From: Vicinamibacterales bacterium
GTDB lineage: Bacteria > Acidobacteriota > Vicinamibacteria > Vicinamibacterales > SCN-69-37
DNA length: 57,993 bases
Direction: 5' to 3'
Assembly (NCBI GenBank): GCA_046598935.1
Contig: JBKJHW010000088.1
Span: forward strand, 1-57,993
A program made the translations under genes and the position numbers. The stretch's first letter is position 1. Every line of letters starts with the position of its first letter. Positions 38,907 to 49,625 of this stretch are shown in pieces. The notes beneath the pieces were generated by a model. That model was given only the letters and a program-made list of their open reading frames with translations. It did no database searches and had not been told where the DNA came from.

Positions 38907-38982
38907 GTAACGGCGCGGTTAATTCGCGGTTACTTCGCGTACGTTAGAGCACAGTGGCGGGGATGTAACAACCGTGTAAACT
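38907..38982. promoter_or_regulatory. PHO-box-like repeats in the divergent promoter region
   Basis: GTAAC-N6-GTTAA-N6-GTTAC at 38907-38933 and GTAAC-N6-GTAAA at 38965-38980. Confidence 0.65.
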
Positions 38983-38991
38983 TTCCGGCAT

Positions 38992-39615
38992 ATGGGCTTC
39001 CGATTCAGTCTGGTTCCGCGAGACGAGCAGTTCTTCGATCTATTCAAGCAAATGGCCGAGGAGATCAAGCGCGCCGCGTGCGACCTCGAGGCGCTGCTCT
39101 CGACCAATCCTCCGGACACCTCGAAGGTTGATGCGATCAGAGACGCCGAGCATCGCTGCGACACGATTACACACGACACTATCCAGCGCCTGCACAGGAC
39201 GTTCGTCACGCCGTTCGACCGCGAAGATCTCTACACGCTCGCCGCGTCGATGGACAACGTCATGGACGCCATCGATCACGCGGCGTCGTTGGTGAGGTTG
39301 TACAAGATCCGCGAGATGCCGCGCGGCGCGGTCGACCTGTCTCACACGGTGACCGCGTCGGCGACCTCGATGGCCGCCGCGATCGAAGCCCTCAGCGCGC
39401 AGCGCCCGGTGACGCCGCACGCCGTCGAAGTGAACCGCCTCGAGAATGAAGCCGATCGCACCTACGCCGAGTCGATCGAGTTTCTCTTCGACACCGTGAC
39501 GGACCCGATTCTGCTGATGAAGTGGAAGGAGCTGCTCGATCAGCTTGAGAACGTCACCGACAAATGCGAGGACGTCGCGAACGTCATCGAGAGCGTCGTT
39601 GTGAAGTACAGCTAG
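38992..39615 (+). CDS. DUF47 / PhoU-like Pit accessory protein
   Basis: EHRCD, TFVTPFDRED, LENEAD and DKCEDVA motifs. Confidence 0.93.
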   Translation: MGFRFSLVPRDEQFFDLFKQMAEEIKRAACDLEALLSTNPPDTSKVDAIRDAEHRCDTITHDTIQRLHRTFVTPFDREDLYTLAASMDNVMDAIDHAASLVRLYKIREMPRGAVDLSHTVTASATSMAAAIEALSAQRPVTPHAVEVNRLENEADRTYAESIEFLFDTVTDPILLMKWKELLDQLENVTDKCEDVANVIESVVVKYS

Positions 39616-39617
39616 CC

Positions 39618-40622
39618 GTGACGCTCGACGCCACACTCATCACGGTCAGCGTCGTCATATTCGTCGCGCTGGTCTTCGATTTCATCAACGGCTTCCACGA
39701 CGCCGCCAATTCGATCGCGACCGTCGTCACGACTCGCGTGCTGTCGCCGGCGCAAGCGGTGATCTGGGCCGCGTTCTTCAACTTCATCGCCGCGTTCTTT
39801 TTCGGCACGGCTGTCGCCAAGACGGTCGGCAAGGGCATGGTCGACCTCGAAATCGTGACCTTCAGCGTGATCCTCGCCGGCCTGCTCGGCGCGATCATCT
39901 GGAACCTGATCACCTGGTATTTCGGCCTGCCGACCAGCTCGTCGCATGCGCTGTTCGGCGGCTACGGTGGCGCCGCAGTGGCAAAGGCCGGTTTCAGCGC
40001 CATCATCGTCTCCGGCTGGACCAAAACACTCATCTTCATCGTCGTGGCGCCGATGGTCGGCTTGCTGGTCGGCTTGCTGCTGATGACAGCGATCTACTGG
40101 GTATTCCGTGACACGACACCGACACGCGTCGATCGGTGGTTTCGGCGCATGCAACTGGTATCGGCGGCGGCCTTCAGCATGATGCACGGCGCCAATGACG
40201 CGCAGAAAACGATGGGCATCATTACTGGCGCGCTCGTGACCGGCGGCTACATCGCGACGTTCGAGGTTCATTGGTGGGTGATTCTCGCGGCCCACGGCGC
40301 CATCGCGCTTGGCACCCTCAGCGGCGGCTGGCGCATCATCAAAACGATGGGCTCGAAGATCACGCGCCTGCGTCCCGAGAGCGGCTTCGCTGCCGAGACC
40401 GGCGCGGCGGTTGCCATCTACACGGCGACCGCGCTGGGCGTTGGCATCAGCACCACCCATACGATCACCGGTGCGATCGTCGGCGTTGGGGCCACGCGCC
40501 GCATGTCGGCGGTGCGCTGGAGCGTTGCCGGCCAGATCGTCTGGGCGTGGGTGCTCACCATTCCGGCGGCGGCCACGATCGGCGCGATCTCGTACTACAT
40601 CGTCTCGCAGGTCATCCGCTGA
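39618..40622 (+). CDS. pit: Inorganic phosphate transporter (PiT family)
   Basis: NGFHDAANSIAT, HGANDAQK, PTSSSH and ISTTH motifs. Confidence 0.95.
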   Translation: MTLDATLITVSVVIFVALVFDFINGFHDAANSIATVVTTRVLSPAQAVIWAAFFNFIAAFFFGTAVAKTVGKGMVDLEIVTFSVILAGLLGAIIWNLITWYFGLPTSSSHALFGGYGGAAVAKAGFSAIIVSGWTKTLIFIVVAPMVGLLVGLLLMTAIYWVFRDTTPTRVDRWFRRMQLVSAAAFSMMHGANDAQKTMGIITGALVTGGYIATFEVHWWVILAAHGAIALGTLSGGWRIIKTMGSKITRLRPESGFAAETGAAVAIYTATALGVGISTTHTITGAIVGVGATRRMSAVRWSVAGQIVWAWVLTIPAAATIGAISYYIVSQVIR

Positions 40623-40630
40623 TGTCACAT

Positions 40631-40646
40631 TTAACGTGCTCGTAAC
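40631..40646 (+). promoter_or_regulatory. PHO-box-like repeat upstream of pstB-phoU
   Basis: TTAAC-gtgctc-GTAAC; -10-like TACGAT at 40679. Confidence 0.55.
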
Positions 40647-40693
40647 ATGCTGGAATTCGGCGCGATACACGCACTTTCTACGATTGACCGTGA

Positions 40694-41530
40694 GTGCATA
40701 TCTCTGAAGTTGACGAGCCCGTCACCGGGACCAAGGTGACCTCCGCGCCGGACGCCGGTGTCCAGCCCGCAGACGCCGTGGCCGTGGACGTCCAGAATCT
40801 GAATTTTTATTACGGGACGAAGCAAGCCCTGTTCGACATTTCCATGCAGATCCGTCCCCGCGTGGTGACGGCGTTCATCGGACCATCCGGTTGCGGGAAG
40901 AGCACCTTCCTGCGCACGTTGAACCGGATGAATGACGTCATCCCCGGTGTGCGGCTCACGGGGAGCGTGCGGATCAATGGGATGGATGTCTACGGGCCGA
41001 CGTCCGACGTCGTCGAGCTGCGCCGGCGTGTCGGGATGGTCTTTCAAAAGTCCAATCCGTTTCCGAAATCGATTTTTGAGAATGTCGCGTACGGCCTCCG
41101 GATCAACGGGATGGCCGGTACCCGGCAGGAACTCGCCGGGCGTGTTGAAGAAAGCCTCAAGTCGGCAGCGATCTGGGACGAGGTGAAAGATCGCTTGTCG
41201 TCGTCGGCGTTAGGGCTCTCGGGCGGGCAGCAGCAGCGGCTCTGCATCGCGCGGGCCCTTGCCGTTCGTCCCGAGATCCTGTTGATGGACGAACCGGCGT
41301 CGGCGCTCGATCCGATCGCCACGCAGCGGATCGAGGAGCTGATCTACCAGCTCAAAAAGCAGTACACGATCGTCATCGTGACGCATAACATGCAGCAAGC
41401 GGCTCGTGTGTCGGATGCGACCGCCTTTTTCTGGCTCGGCAAGATGCTCGAGTTCGGGCCGACCGATAAACTTTTCACCAATCCGGCAAATAAATTGACG
41501 GAGGACTACGTGACCGGGCGCTTCGGCTAG
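40694..41530 (+). CDS. pstB: Phosphate ABC transporter ATPase (copy 1)
   Basis: [28 protein letters not shown] and [10 protein letters not shown] motifs. Confidence 0.96.
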   Translation: MHISEVDEPVTGTKVTSAPDAGVQPADAVAVDVQNLNFYYGTKQALFDISMQIRPRVVTAFIGPSGCGKSTFLRTLNRMNDVIPGVRLTGSVRINGMDVYGPTSDVVELRRRVGMVFQKSNPFPKSIFENVAYGLRINGMAGTRQELAGRVEESLKSAAIWDEVKDRLSSSALGLSGGQQQRLCIARALAVRPEILLMDEPASALDPIATQRIEELIYQLKKQYTIVIVTHNMQQAARVSDATAFFWLGKMLEFGPTDKLFTNPANKLTEDYVTGRFG

Positions 41531-41549
41531 CCAGGGCGCAGAGGGACCT

Positions 41550-42218
41550 ATGGAACACGCGACGCATTTCCAGGAAGAGTTGAACGAGTTGAAGCGGCGG
41601 TTGCTCGAAATGGGCGGCCTTGCTGAGGATCGTCTGCGCCTGTCTGTGAAGGGCCTGGTTCAGCGCGACAGTTCGCTCTTCGAGCGTGTGCTGACCGGCG
41701 ACGGCGACATCAACAACCTCCACCTCGAAATCGACGACCGGTGCGTGAAGCTGCTTGCGCTCCACCAGCCGATGGCGATGGACCTCCGCGCAATCGTCGC
41801 CGCCGTCAAGATTAATTCGGACCTCGAGCGCGTTGGGGATTTATCCGTGAATATTGCAGAGGCCGGCACGCGGTATCTGCAGCATCCGCCTGTCAAGGAA
41901 TTGATCGACATTCCGAGGATGGCTGACATCGCGCAGGGGATGCTCCGCGATTCGCTCGACTCGTTCGTTCGCCGCGATATCCCGTTGGCTCAGTCAGTGC
42001 TGGTCGCTGACGACAACCTGGACGCGCTCAAGGGTCAAGTCTTCCGGGATTTGTTGACGTACATGCTGAACGACGCGACCACCGTGCCCGCGTCACTGGA
42101 TCTGATTCTGATTTCCAGACATCTCGAACGCGTCGGCGACCACGCGACAAACGTCGCGGAGGACGTCATTTTCATGGTGTCGGCGCAGGACGTGCGCCAC
42201 GTGAAGGCCTCAAGCTAG
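41550..42218 (+). CDS. phoU: Phosphate signalling protein PhoU
   Basis: QPMAMDLR, DLERVGD and LERVGDHATNVAE motifs. Confidence 0.96.
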   Translation: MEHATHFQEELNELKRRLLEMGGLAEDRLRLSVKGLVQRDSSLFERVLTGDGDINNLHLEIDDRCVKLLALHQPMAMDLRAIVAAVKINSDLERVGDLSVNIAEAGTRYLQHPPVKELIDIPRMADIAQGMLRDSLDSFVRRDIPLAQSVLVADDNLDALKGQVFRDLLTYMLNDATTVPASLDLILISRHLERVGDHATNVAEDVIFMVSAQDVRHVKASS

Positions 42219-42224
42219 GCGCAA

Positions 42225-43064
42225 CTAACCGAAACGGCCGGTGATGTAGTCCTCGGTGTGCTTCACCTTCGGGCTGGTGAATATCTCGGCTGTCTTGGAG
42301 AACTCAATCAGTTTGCCCATGAAGAAGAACGCCGTCTGATCCGACACGCGCGCCGCCTGCTGCAGGTTGTGCGTCACGATGACGATCGTGTACTGAGACT
42401 TCAAATCCTGAATCAGTTCTTCGATTTTCTGTGTCGCGATCGGATCGAGCGCCGAGCACGGCTCGTCCATCAGGATGATCTCCGGCTCAGTCGCGATAGC
42501 GCGCGCGATGCACAGGCGCTGCTGTTGACCGCCCGACAGGGCCAGGCCGCTCGTCTGCGCGCGATCCTTCATCTCGTCCCACAGCGCCGCACCGCGCAAC
42601 GCGCGTTCGAATGCCGCATCCAGCACAGGCTTCTCGCGAATCCCGGCGACGCGAAGCCCGTAGACCACGTTTTCGTAGATCGACTTCGGCAGGGGATTGG
42701 ATTTCTGGAAGACCATGCCGGTCCGCCGGCGGACATCGATCACGTCGGTCTTGGGCGCGTAGATGTTGCGTCCGTCAATGATGAACTGACCCTCGATGCG
42801 CACGTTGTCGATGAGGTCGTTCATCCGATTGAGGCAGCGGAGCAGCGTCGACTTGCCGCAGCCTGACGGGCCGATGAACGCCGTGACCTGTTTGTCCGGG
42901 AGGTCCATCGAGACGTCATGAATCGCCTGCTTCTGGCCATACCAGACGTTGGCATCCTGAATCTGAATGGCCGGCGGCGCGCCGCTCGCCGTCGTCTCGA
43001 CGAACGACACGTCCGTCTTGACGCGCAAGCGATCGGTATGTTCGGGGCGGGTCTCGGAGCTCAT
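42225..43064 (-). CDS. pstB: Phosphate ABC transporter ATPase (copy 2)
   Basis: [26 protein letters not shown] and [10 protein letters not shown] motifs. Confidence 0.96.
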   Translation of the reverse strand: MSSETRPEHTDRLRVKTDVSFVETTASGAPPAIQIQDANVWYGQKQAIHDVSMDLPDKQVTAFIGPSGCGKSTLLRCLNRMNDLIDNVRIEGQFIIDGRNIYAPKTDVIDVRRRTGMVFQKSNPLPKSIYENVVYGLRVAGIREKPVLDAAFERALRGAALWDEMKDRAQTSGLALSGGQQQRLCIARAIATEPEIILMDEPCSALDPIATQKIEELIQDLKSQYTIVIVTHNLQQAARVSDQTAFFFMGKLIEFSKTAEIFTSPKVKHTEDYITGRFG

Positions 43065-43074
43065 GATCGACAGG

Positions 43075-44718
43075 TCAAAAGGCCGACGTCAGGTACTTCT
43101 TGCGCAGACGGTTGCGCACCACGATGGCGGTGAGGTTCAGGAGGACGACGATGATCAGGAGCAGAATTGATGTGGCGTACACCATCGGGATGGCCGCCTC
43201 GACGTTTGGGCTCTGAAAGCCGACGTCGTAGATGTGGAACCCGAGGTGCATGAACTTTCGATCGAGATGCAGATAGGGAAAGACCGTGTCGAGCGGCAGA
43301 TCCGGGGCGAGCTTCACGACACCGGTGATCATCAGCGGCGCAACCTCGCCGGCGCCGCGTGCCATCGCAAGAATCAGGCCCGTCAGGATGCCGGGCGCTG
43401 CCGACGGGATCACCACGCGGGTCAGCGTCTGAAAGGTCGTCGCGCCTGTCGCGAGGGAAGCCTCGCGCATCGAACGCGGCACGGCGGTCAAGGCTTCCTC
43501 GGTCGCCACGATGACAACGGGCACGGTGAGCAGGCCCAGCGTCAGCGATGCCCAGAGAATTCCACCGGTGCCGAACGTCGGCGTCGGCAGACTCTCCGGG
43601 AAGAACATCCGGTCGATGCCCACGACCACGAAGTACACGAAGAAGCCGAGGCCGAATACGCCGAAGACAATTGACGGCACGCCGGCGAGATTGTTGACCG
43701 CGATGCGCACGAGCCGGACGAAGAAACCCTGCTTGGCGTACTCGCGCAAGTAGAGCGCCGCCAGCACGCCGAAGGGGACGGCGACGACGCTCATGATCAG
43801 GACCATCATCACGGTGCCGAAGATGGCGGGCAGAATCCCGCCCTCCGTGTTCGATTCTCGCGGGTCGCTGCTCAGGAACTCCCAGAGACGGCTCCCGTAC
43901 ACGCCGGCGCGTTCCCCCCATGACAACTGGTTGGCGGGGTACGCACGGAAGATGTCGAGGACGGCCATGTCCTTCTCTGTGCCGTCGCCTGCGAGAAACG
44001 AGACGCGCATCTTTGACGCGGCATCGACCGTCTGCGTCATCTGCGCCTCGAGCGCCTGGTACCTGGCCTGGAACTCAGCGGTTTTGGCTTCGAGCGCGGC
44101 ACGCCGTGAGGCGATATCGGTGCCCGGCGACTTCTGCGCTTCGAGATCGAGCGCGCGCATGTCGAGGCGGCTTTGCTCGATGCGAGAGTTCATCGTGCCG
44201 AGCTCGTCGCGCTCGAGCTTGCGAATCGCGGCGCGATCGTCCTCGGCCTTGTCGACAAGATCGCTGAGCCGCGCGATCACGTCGTTGCCCGTGGCGATCA
44301 CGGCGTCGCCATCTTTGAGCGTGCCCGGGCGGCCGATGAATGGGCCGTATTCGCGCCGTTCAATGTAGAGCGCGTCGGCCGGCCTCGTGCGGCTCGCCAT
44401 CGTGTCTTCGTCGACCCAGCGGAAATCCGCGCCGGTCAGATCCCGGTTGCCGAGCTTCATCTGCGCGCGGAAGCGCTTGAGATGTTCGGGTGTGCCGGGC
44501 GCTGGAATCGGCTCACGGTCGGAGATCTCCCCCATAAGTACAGTGCCGTCGGTCAGCGTGATCTGCTCGATCTGTCGCGGCCAGAAGAACCCGAGGCCGT
44601 TGCTGAGAATGAGCGCGATCATGCCGGTGATCATGAGCAGGCAGATGCCGAGCCCGCTGCCGGCGAGCCAGATCGCGGAGTCGCCGCGGCGCATCGGGTC
44701 GCGTTTAAAGAGCGCCAT
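43075..44718 (-). CDS. pstA: Phosphate ABC permease PstA, long form with a coiled-coil periplasmic domain
   Basis: [29 protein letters not shown] and [10 protein letters not shown] motifs. Confidence 0.95.
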   Translation of the reverse strand: MALFKRDPMRRGDSAIWLAGSGLGICLLMITGMIALILSNGLGFFWPRQIEQITLTDGTVLMGEISDREPIPAPGTPEHLKRFRAQMKLGNRDLTGADFRWVDEDTMASRTRPADALYIERREYGPFIGRPGTLKDGDAVIATGNDVIARLSDLVDKAEDDRAAIRKLERDELGTMNSRIEQSRLDMRALDLEAQKSPGTDIASRRAALEAKTAEFQARYQALEAQMTQTVDAASKMRVSFLAGDGTEKDMAVLDIFRAYPANQLSWGERAGVYGSRLWEFLSSDPRESNTEGGILPAIFGTVMMVLIMSVVAVPFGVLAALYLREYAKQGFFVRLVRIAVNNLAGVPSIVFGVFGLGFFVYFVVVGIDRMFFPESLPTPTFGTGGILWASLTLGLLTVPVVIVATEEALTAVPRSMREASLATGATTFQTLTRVVIPSAAPGILTGLILAMARGAGEVAPLMITGVVKLAPDLPLDTVFPYLHLDRKFMHLGFHIYDVGFQSPNVEAAIPMVYATSILLLIIVVLLNLTAIVVRNRLRKKYLTSAF

Positions 44719-46982
44719 CAGACGGCCTTGTACTTTTCGCGAAGGTGCTGGCGGATCACTTCCGCCACCGTGTTGATCACAAACGTCATGACGAAGAGCA
44801 GCGCGGCCGCCAGAAACAGCGTGCGGTAGAGCGTGCTCGCGTGCGGGGCTTCAGGGATCTCGACCGCGATGTTGGCTGACAGCGTCCGGATCCCGTTGAA
44901 GATCGACCAGTCCATGACCGGCGTATTTCCGGTCGCCATCAATACGATCATCGTCTCGCCGACGGCGCGGCCGAAGCCGATCATGACCGCCGAAAATATC
45001 CCGGGGCTGGCCGTCGGCAGGACGACGCGGACGGCCGTTTGCCACCGACTGGCCCCGAGCGCCAGCGACGCGGCCGTCAGGCTCGATGGCACGCCGGAGA
45101 ATGCGTCTTCGGAAATCGTGAAGATAATCGGGATCACGGCAAAGCCCATGGCGATGCCGACGACGAGGCAGTTGCGCTGATCGTAGGTGAGGTCGAGCGC
45201 TTGCTTGAGCCACAGCCGCGCGTCTGCGTCGAAGAGCCACGCCTCGACCGACGGGCCGATCGCCAACGCGAGCCATCCGGCAAACACAAGGAGCGGCAGA
45301 ATCAACAGGACTTCAGTGCCGGCGCGAAGATTGGCGGTCACGCGCCGGGGGAGCAGGCGCCACAGGAACACGCCTGATGTGCCGGCGAGCGGCATGAGTG
45401 GAATTAAAAGGAGCACGGCTACGAGATTTTTTTCGACGACCGCCGCCAGGTAGAGGCCCGCAAGAAAGCCGATCACGACGCTCGGCAACGCCGCCATGAT
45501 TTCGACGGCGGGCTTGACCTTGGCGCGGTAGAGCGGGTCCATGAACTGCGACGTGTAGAGCGCCGCCAGCACCGCGAGCGGCACGGCAAACAACATCGCG
45601 TAGACCGTGCCCTTGATCGTGCCGAAGATCAGCGGCACGAGGCTGAACTTCGCCTCGAAGTCGTCGGTCGCACCGGTCGACTGCCACACGTATTCCGGCT
45701 TCGCGTAGCCCTCGTACCATACTTTGCCGAAGAGCGTCTTCCAGCTCGTCTCCGGGTGCGGGTTATCGAGCGTGAACCGGCGGAGGTTGTTGCCGGTCAG
45801 CATCAGGATCGCGTCAGCTTTCGGCGTGATCAGCACGGCCGTGATACCGCCGTTGGCGGGTTGCCGTAGCAGGACGCGCTCGGACGTCTGGTGGCGCAGC
45901 ACAAGTTCGCCGTCCTGGCCGATCGTCGCGAAACTCCGCTCACGTCCGGAGAGCGCGATGGCGGTCACCGCCGAAGACTGCGGCTCGAAGACATGGGCGC
46001 GCACCATGGCGGATTCGTTCTCCGTGCCGACGGGCACGGCCATCCAACCTGACAGCGTGCCGTCGGCGGCGCCGGCCGTCCACGAGTTGCCGCCCAGCAT
46101 CCATTCCAGCGAGGTGATGGCTCTCGGACTGACGGGCGAGACGCTCGTGAGCACGGGCGATTCCGCGTCGCCAAGATGCCAGAAGTAGACGCGCCCACGA
46201 TCCGTGCCCGCCAGCAACGCGCCGCTCTGTCCCATCCGGATATGCGTCACCTGGTCGGGCGAATCAACTCGCAGCATCGCCGTGTGCGGCACGAGCTGGT
46301 CGTCGGCCGACGCGTAGACGATGTCGCCGCCTTCGTCGCCGCCTTCGAGGAGCCCGGCGACAAAACGCCGTTCGTCCTGTTCGATGTACGAAACCTGGCC
46401 GACCGGGCGCCGAGCGGCGTCGAGCGTGAGGGTGCCGCGCGGACGCAGTTCGATCGTGAGGTCTTTCAACACCGAGCCGTCGTACTGCGGCACGTAATGC
46501 ACTTGCATGAGCGACACGCGGCCGTCGCTGAGACCGGCGGCGAGGTAGTGGCCCGTGACGCTGCGCGACGATGAGATGACCGTGGCCGCGCCGAGGTCCG
46601 GCACCGGCAGCGAGGTCACCGCCGCGCCCGTCTGCACGTTGCGAAAGACCACCTGGCCGTCGGCTTCAATGCTGTAGAGATACTTCTGATACTCGTCGAC
46701 GCCCACCGCCCGCAGCGACGCGCCCGCCGTGGAACCGATCGCAACTTCTCCAGCGGGAATCAGTCGCGCCGACCGGAAGAGCGGAATGGCCTCGCTCGCG
46801 ACAAAGACCAGGATGCCCATCACCGCAACAACGACCGCGATGCCGCCGGCGGAAATGACAAACACGGCCGCACGGTCCACGCGCTTCAACCGCGCGATTC
46901 GCTTCCGCGCGGAGGCCATGTGAGCCCGGACTGATGAAGTCGAGGGCGCCGGGGACTGGGCCGAGGATTCGGGAGGGGCCAT
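44718..46982 (-). CDS. pstC: Phosphate ABC permease PstC, long form with a beta-propeller-like domain
   Basis: WYEGYAKPEYVWQST, KPAVEIMAALPSV and GRAVGETMIVLMATGN motifs. Confidence 0.93.
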   Translation of the reverse strand: MAPPESSAQSPAPSTSSVRAHMASARKRIARLKRVDRAAVFVISAGGIAVVVAVMGILVFVASEAIPLFRSARLIPAGEVAIGSTAGASLRAVGVDEYQKYLYSIEADGQVVFRNVQTGAAVTSLPVPDLGAATVISSSRSVTGHYLAAGLSDGRVSLMQVHYVPQYDGSVLKDLTIELRPRGTLTLDAARRPVGQVSYIEQDERRFVAGLLEGGDEGGDIVYASADDQLVPHTAMLRVDSPDQVTHIRMGQSGALLAGTDRGRVYFWHLGDAESPVLTSVSPVSPRAITSLEWMLGGNSWTAGAADGTLSGWMAVPVGTENESAMVRAHVFEPQSSAVTAIALSGRERSFATIGQDGELVLRHQTSERVLLRQPANGGITAVLITPKADAILMLTGNNLRRFTLDNPHPETSWKTLFGKVWYEGYAKPEYVWQSTGATDDFEAKFSLVPLIFGTIKGTVYAMLFAVPLAVLAALYTSQFMDPLYRAKVKPAVEIMAALPSVVIGFLAGLYLAAVVEKNLVAVLLLIPLMPLAGTSGVFLWRLLPRRVTANLRAGTEVLLILPLLVFAGWLALAIGPSVEAWLFDADARLWLKQALDLTYDQRNCLVVGIAMGFAVIPIIFTISEDAFSGVPSSLTAASLALGASRWQTAVRVVLPTASPGIFSAVMIGFGRAVGETMIVLMATGNTPVMDWSIFNGIRTLSANIAVEIPEAPHASTLYRTLFLAAALLFVMTFVINTVAEVIRQHLREKYKAV

Positions 46983-47014
46983 GTGGGGGTGTGTGGGGTG
47001 GGTTCACAGAGTGA

Positions 47015-47042
47015 CAGGCCGATGGCTCCCGCCACCGGCCTG
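47015..47042 (-). terminator. Stem-loop between pstS and pstC (partial terminator or mRNA stabiliser)
   Basis: caggccgatggc-tccc-gccaccggcctg. Confidence 0.5.
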
Positions 47043-47077
47043 AATGTTGTTAACAGTAAGCGTCCGGACGATCGCGG

Positions 47078-48082
47078 CTACTTGATCACCTTCGCGAGTT
47101 CCGTCTTGGCGATCGTCGCCGAGAGCGGCATGTAACCGTCTTTGACGACGGCCTCCTGGCCTTCCTTGCTGTACATCAGCTTGATGAACTCAGCCACGAG
47201 CGGGTCGAACGCCCGGCTCGGCGCCTTGTTCACATAAATATAGAGGAAGCGCCGGAGCGGGTATTTGCCCGACTGCACATCGGCGTAGCTCCCGTTCGAG
47301 ACCGCGCCCGCCTCGGTTTCTGAGAGGGGAACCAGCTTCACGCCCGACGTCCGGTAGCCGATGCCGCTGTAGCCGATGCCGTACCGGTCTTCGGTGACAC
47401 CCTGGACGACCGACGCGGAGCCCGGCTGTTCCTTGACCGTGTCCTTGAAGTCGCCGTTCTTGAGCGTGAGCTCCTTGAAGAACCCGTAGGTGCCGCTCGC
47501 CGAGTTGCGGCCGTAGAGACTGATCGGGCGGTTGGCCCAATCACCAGTGAGGCCGAGCTGGCCCCAGGTCGTGATGTTCTGCTTATGGCCCCGCTTGCGG
47601 CTCTTGCTGAAGATCGCTTCGACCTCGGCGAGCGTGAGCTTCGCGATCGGGTTGTCCTTATGCACATAGACGGCGAGCGCGTCGTAGCTCGTCTTGAGCT
47701 CCGTCGGCTTGTAGCCGTATTTCGCTTCGAACTGGTCGATCTCGGTGGCGCGCATCTGGCGCGACATCGGGCCGAACTGCGACGTGCCGGCGATCAGCGC
47801 CGCCGGTGCCGTCGACGAGCCCTTCCCCTCGACCTGGATCTTCACGCTCGGGTAGGCCTTCCGAAACGTCTCGGCCCAGAGCGTCATCATGTTGTTCATG
47901 GTGTCGGAACCCACGCTGCTCAGGTTCCCCGACACGCCGCTCACGCGCTGGTAGGGTGTCAGGGCGGCGTCCACGTGCTGCGCCTGCCCCTGGAGGAACA
48001 CCGACCCGGCCACAACGGCCGTCATTGCCACAATTGCCCGCTTCATCACTAGGTGCTTCACGTGGTTTCTCCCCTCGACCAC
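47078..48082 (-). CDS. pstS: Phosphate-binding protein PstS; start uncertain
   Basis: VGSDTM, GKGSSTA, GPMSR and YGRNSASGTY motifs. Confidence 0.95.
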   Translation of the reverse strand: MVEGRNHVKHLVMKRAIVAMTAVVAGSVFLQGQAQHVDAALTPYQRVSGVSGNLSSVGSDTMNNMMTLWAETFRKAYPSVKIQVEGKGSSTAPAALIAGTSQFGPMSRQMRATEIDQFEAKYGYKPTELKTSYDALAVYVHKDNPIAKLTLAEVEAIFSKSRKRGHKQNITTWGQLGLTGDWANRPISLYGRNSASGTYGFFKELTLKNGDFKDTVKEQPGSASVVQGVTEDRYGIGYSGIGYRTSGVKLVPLSETEAGAVSNGSYADVQSGKYPLRRFLYIYVNKAPSRAFDPLVAEFIKLMYSKEGQEAVVKDGYMPLSATIAKTELAKVIK

Positions 48083-48137
48083 CGGCTCGTCTCAAATCCA
48101 CGATACCGGGGTCGAAAATCGTCTGGATTGCGCCCTT

Positions 48138-48153
48138 GTTAAATCCCTGTAAC
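48138..48153 (-). promoter_or_regulatory. PHO-box-like repeat upstream of pstS
   Basis: GTTAA-atccct-GTAAC, 11-bp period. Confidence 0.45.
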
Positions 48154-48154
48154 T

Positions 48155-49567
48155 TTAGAAAATGATCTGCAACTGCGACCGGAACTCGATCGACCGGACG
48201 GTCGGTGCCGTGGTGCCCGTCTTGACGTCCACGCGGCCGAAGTCGTTCTGCCACTTGAGGCCGTGACGCGCGTAGTAGTAGCTGAGCGAGCCGCGGATTT
48301 CCTCGGTGTTGTTGTTGCCGGTGAGGTCCGTCGGGTCGAAGGAGCCGTACCGGGCGGCCACTTCCCAGGTGCGCCGATGAAACAGTTTGCCGGCCTGGAG
48401 GAAATAGCCCGCCGCGTCAAACTTGGCGCCGGTTTCCGGTGTGCGGCGCGCGAAGGTATACATGCCGTTGGCCGAGAAGCCCTTGAACTTGTAGATGCCG
48501 TCGACGCTGACCGCGTCCCACTTCTGGTCGTTGCCGGTCGTCGCGTTGAAGTTGTTCTGGTTTTCCCAGTTGACCGCGATCGCGTAGATCGGCACCGTCG
48601 TCGACTCGAAGTCGCTTTCCGAGTAGAGCGCGCCGGTCACCCACGCGCGCTGATTGAGCACCTGGCTGCCGTTGGGCTGCCACATCAAGCGCGCGTTGTA
48701 CAGGAGCTTGTCGTTGTCATTGGTCGTGCGCGTCGGGCCGTTGCCGTTCGACGCGCCGACGCGCCACTCGATCTTGTTATTCCTCGTCGCGCCCCAGAGT
48801 GCGACGCCCGTTTCGCGGCCGCGGAAAAAGCTGTTGCTGACGAGCGCGCGGTCGACAAACTGCTGGCTGCCTGACGACGTCATTTCCTGCGCGCCGTAGG
48901 CCGGCTTGAACTGACCGACGTGAAGGCGGAAGGTGCCCTTGCCCTTCGAGAAGTCGAAGTCAACGGCCGCGTCTTCGAGCAGCGCGCCGACGTTCGAGCC
49001 GGTGACGGCGGGGAAGTTCAGCTGCGTCTCATACGTGATCCACGGCTTGATCGCCCAACCCTCGAGCTTGAACTTCGCGCGGCGGATGCGGAACGACGGC
49101 CGCTGATCGCCCTTCGCGGCGGTACCGGCCAGCTGCGTGTTGGCGTCCGGCTTTTCCTGCGTGAACCGGATCTGCACGCGGCTCGAGATCTCGAGATACG
49201 CGTTGTCGGTGGTGATGCGCGTCTTGCCGTCGCGCCACACCATCGTCTGGACCGGCACCACAGCGTCAGCGACCGGCTCGGAGATGCCGTGCTTGAAGAA
49301 GTAGAGCTGCAGGGCGCGCTCGTTGTCGCCGACCACCGTTTCACCGTTCGGGCCGACGCCCGGCTTGGTGATGCCGACGCCCATTTCGCCGGTCTTGTCG
49401 AAGCGGTCGGCGTTGGCGGCCACGTTGAAGACGTAGATGCGTCCGTCTTTCGTGATCTCTTTGTAATAGAAGCCCTGCGCCGACGCGGGCGTCGCGCCGA
49501 TAATCGTCAAAAGGGCCGCGCACAGGGTTACGACGAACACGCGCAGCATTGGGGAAGTCCGATTCAT
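48155..49567 (-). CDS. Phosphate-selective porin (OprO/OprP-like) with an extra N-terminal domain
   Basis: Signal peptide, FRIRRAKFKLEG arginine ladder, VGQFK, QFVDRA and C-terminal Phe; lies upstream of pstS. Confidence 0.85.
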   Translation of the reverse strand: MNRTSPMLRVFVVTLCAALLTIIGATPASAQGFYYKEITKDGRIYVFNVAANADRFDKTGEMGVGITKPGVGPNGETVVGDNERALQLYFFKHGISEPVADAVVPVQTMVWRDGKTRITTDNAYLEISSRVQIRFTQEKPDANTQLAGTAAKGDQRPSFRIRRAKFKLEGWAIKPWITYETQLNFPAVTGSNVGALLEDAAVDFDFSKGKGTFRLHVGQFKPAYGAQEMTSSGSQQFVDRALVSNSFFRGRETGVALWGATRNNKIEWRVGASNGNGPTRTTNDNDKLLYNARLMWQPNGSQVLNQRAWVTGALYSESDFESTTVPIYAIAVNWENQNNFNATTGNDQKWDAVSVDGIYKFKGFSANGMYTFARRTPETGAKFDAAGYFLQAGKLFHRRTWEVAARYGSFDPTDLTGNNNTEEIRGSLSYYYARHGLKWQNDFGRVDVKTGTTAPTVRSIEFRSQLQIIF

Positions 49568-49625
49568 GTCTCTAAAGCCTCCTGCGGGGGAGTCCCGCGA
49601 TGTGGGTGAAGGCTATCGGCCCCGT

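Noticed and set aside
46970-47002. G-quadruplex-like tract at the pstC start
   Set aside because: A single G-rich run in high-GC DNA with no independent support.
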